The translations under genes were made by a program, and so were the position numbers. From Myxococcota bacterium (lineage in GTDB: Bacteria; Myxococcota_A; UBA796; CAJQPC01), in the NCBI GenBank assembly GCA_036012755.1, contig DASCPX010000027.1:224001-288000 (forward strand): a DNA stretch of 64,000 nucleotides. Direction: 5' to 3'. How positions within the stretch are numbered: position 1 is the first letter of the stretch; the number at the start of each line of letters is the position of its first letter. This document shows positions 62,579 to 64,000 of the stretch, piece by piece. Under the pieces are notes generated by a model. It did no database searches. It had not been told where the DNA came from and worked only from the letters and a program-made list of their open reading frames with translations.

Positions 62579-64000
62579 CGCTTCCGGTTCCTCTTCCGAG
62601 CCTTTCGAGCAGCCTTCTTCTTGTCCCGCTTCGCCTTCTTCTCCGTCGCGGTCAGCTGGCGGGGTGCGTTCGGAGGAGGTCCGCCCGGTCCCATCTGGCC
62701 CATCGCCATCGCTCCTTGCATGTTCCCCATCATGCCCGTCGACGCGCCGATGTTCTTCATGACCTCGCGCGACTGGAGGAAGCGCTCGTAGAGCTCGCGG
62801 ATGTCCTTGGTCTCTCTTCCGCAGCCGCGGGCGATGCGCTCGAAGCGCCCCTTCTCCGTGAGGCAGTCGGGGTACTCCCGTTCCTGGCGGGTCATGGAGT
62901 GGATGACCGCCTTGACCTTCACGATCTCGCGATCGTCCAGCGCGTCCTCGGGGATCATGCCCTTCATCTCGTCGAAGAAGGGCAGACGCTCGAACAGGGA
63001 CTTCAGGGAGCCCATCTTCTGGATCGTCTCCAGCTGCTTGAGGAAGTCGTCGAAGGTGAAGTCCCCCTTGAGCATCTTCTTGGCGTCTGCTTCCGCCTCT
63101 TCCTTGTCGATGTGCTTCTCGAAGTCCTGGACCAGGCCGACGACGTCACCGAAGCCGAGGATGCGGTCGGCGAGGCCCTGGGGTCGGAACTCCTCCAGCT
63201 CGCCGAGGCCTTCGCCCATGCCGAGGAACTTGATCGGCTTGCCCGTGACCTCCTTGATCGACAGCGCGGCACCACCGCGGGCGTCGCCGTCGAGCTTCGT
63301 CAGCACGAAGCCGGAGAAGTCGAGCTTCTTGTCGAACTCGGCAGCTGTCCTGACCGAGTCCTGGCCGATCATCGCGTCGCAGACGAAGAGCACGTTGTCG
63401 GGCTTGGTCGTCTCCTTGATGTCGACCAGCTCCTGCATGAGCTTGTTGTCGATCGCGAGGCGGCCCGCGGTGTCGAAGATCACCACGTCCCTGCCGACAT
63501 TCCGAGCCTGGCTGACGGCGAGCTGGCAGAGCTTGACCGGGCCCATGCCCTTGATGCTGAAGACCGGCACCCCGAGCTTGCGACCGAGGGTCATGAGCTG
63601 GTCCACCGCCGCCGGGCGGTAGATGTCCGCGGCGACGAGCAGCGGCTTCCGGCCCTGCCCGACGAGCATCCGGGCCAGCTTGCCGGCGGTGGTGGTCTTT
63701 CCCGAGCCCTGGAGGCCGACCATCATGATGATCGCTGGCTTCTTCGAGAGCTCCAGCGTCGTGTCCACCGGCCCCATCAGCGCCTGAAGCTCGTCGTGGC
63801 AGATCTTCACGAACCAGTCGCCCGGGCTGAGTCGGGCACCACCCGGTCCCTTCTTCTTGCCCTTGATGGGAACGACCTCGCCCAGGGCCCGCTCCCCGAC
63901 GCGAGAGAGGAAGGACTTCACCACCCCCAGCTCCACGTCGGCCTCGAGCAAGCTCACGCGGACGTCGCGCAGGGCGTCGGCGATGTTGTCCTCGCTCAGC
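62575..64000 (-). CDS. ffh: Signal recognition particle protein Ffh (5' end outside the window)
   Basis: SLLEADV, GLQGSGKTT, DIYRPAA..QL, DTAGR, TKLDGDARGG, M-domain SMT.QER..P, RIARG.G. Confidence 0.97.
   Translation of the reverse strand, partial: LSEDNIADALRDVRVSLLEADVELGVVKSFLSRVGERALGEVVPIKGKKKGPGGARLSPGDWFVKICHDELQALMGPVDTTLELSKKPAIIMMVGLQGSGKTTTAGKLARMLVGQGRKPLLVAADIYRPAAVDQLMTLGRKLGVPVFSIKGMGPVKLCQLAVSQARNVGRDVVIFDTAGRLAIDNKLMQELVDIKETTKPDNVLFVCDAMIGQDSVRTAAEFDKKLDFSGFVLTKLDGDARGGAALSIKEVTGKPIKFLGMGEGLGELEEFRPQGLADRILGFGDVVGLVQDFEKHIDKEEAEADAKKMLKGDFTFDDFLKQLETIQKMGSLKSLFERLPFFDEMKGMIPEDALDDREIVKVKAVIHSMTRQEREYPDCLTEKGRFERIARGCGRETKDIRELYERFLQSREVMKNIGASTGMMGNMQGAMAMGQMGPGGPPPNAPRQLTATEKKAKRDKKKAARKARKRNRKR

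Overview
A high-GC, gene-dense 64-kb chromosomal window, probably from a Myxococcota-like (former delta-proteobacterial) organism. That assignment is inferred from the two Ser/Thr kinases, the FHA-GAF-sigma54 activator, the PilT paralogue and the ihfA-merR-tRNA-Pro synteny. Housekeeping genes include tatBC, methylmalonyl-CoA mutase and meaB, biotin carboxylase and carrier, lon, coaE, apt, surE, infC-rpmI-rplT, ihfA, lipB, dnaE, mazG, gmd, manC, trmL, grpE, ffh, tRNA-Pro(GGG) and tRNA-Val(GAC). No transposase, integrase, prophage, CRISPR array or rRNA is visible. Most notable: (1) a solitary flagellin carrying a complete von Willebrand A domain with a MIDAS motif, next to a tRNA-Pro whose 3' end plus hairpin is duplicated; (2) an ~11.5-kb, 8-gene coupled operon with an outer-membrane barrel/Ig protein, a large Ig-repeat lipoprotein, a FecR-domain membrane protein, a Cache-HAMP histidine kinase with a degenerate ATPase domain, a sensor-less kinase and a REC-kinase, which is a candidate trans-envelope signalling system; (3) a 137-bp MITE-like element apparently inserted into a CTAG that served as stop codon for two convergent genes; (4) several pseudo-enzymes or fusions (Walker-A-less PilT, kinase with a dead cyclase domain upstream of dnaE, mutase with a vestigial beta-subunit-like segment); (5) recurrent very short, uncharged signal peptides. 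All assignments are by eye from motifs. No database search was run.
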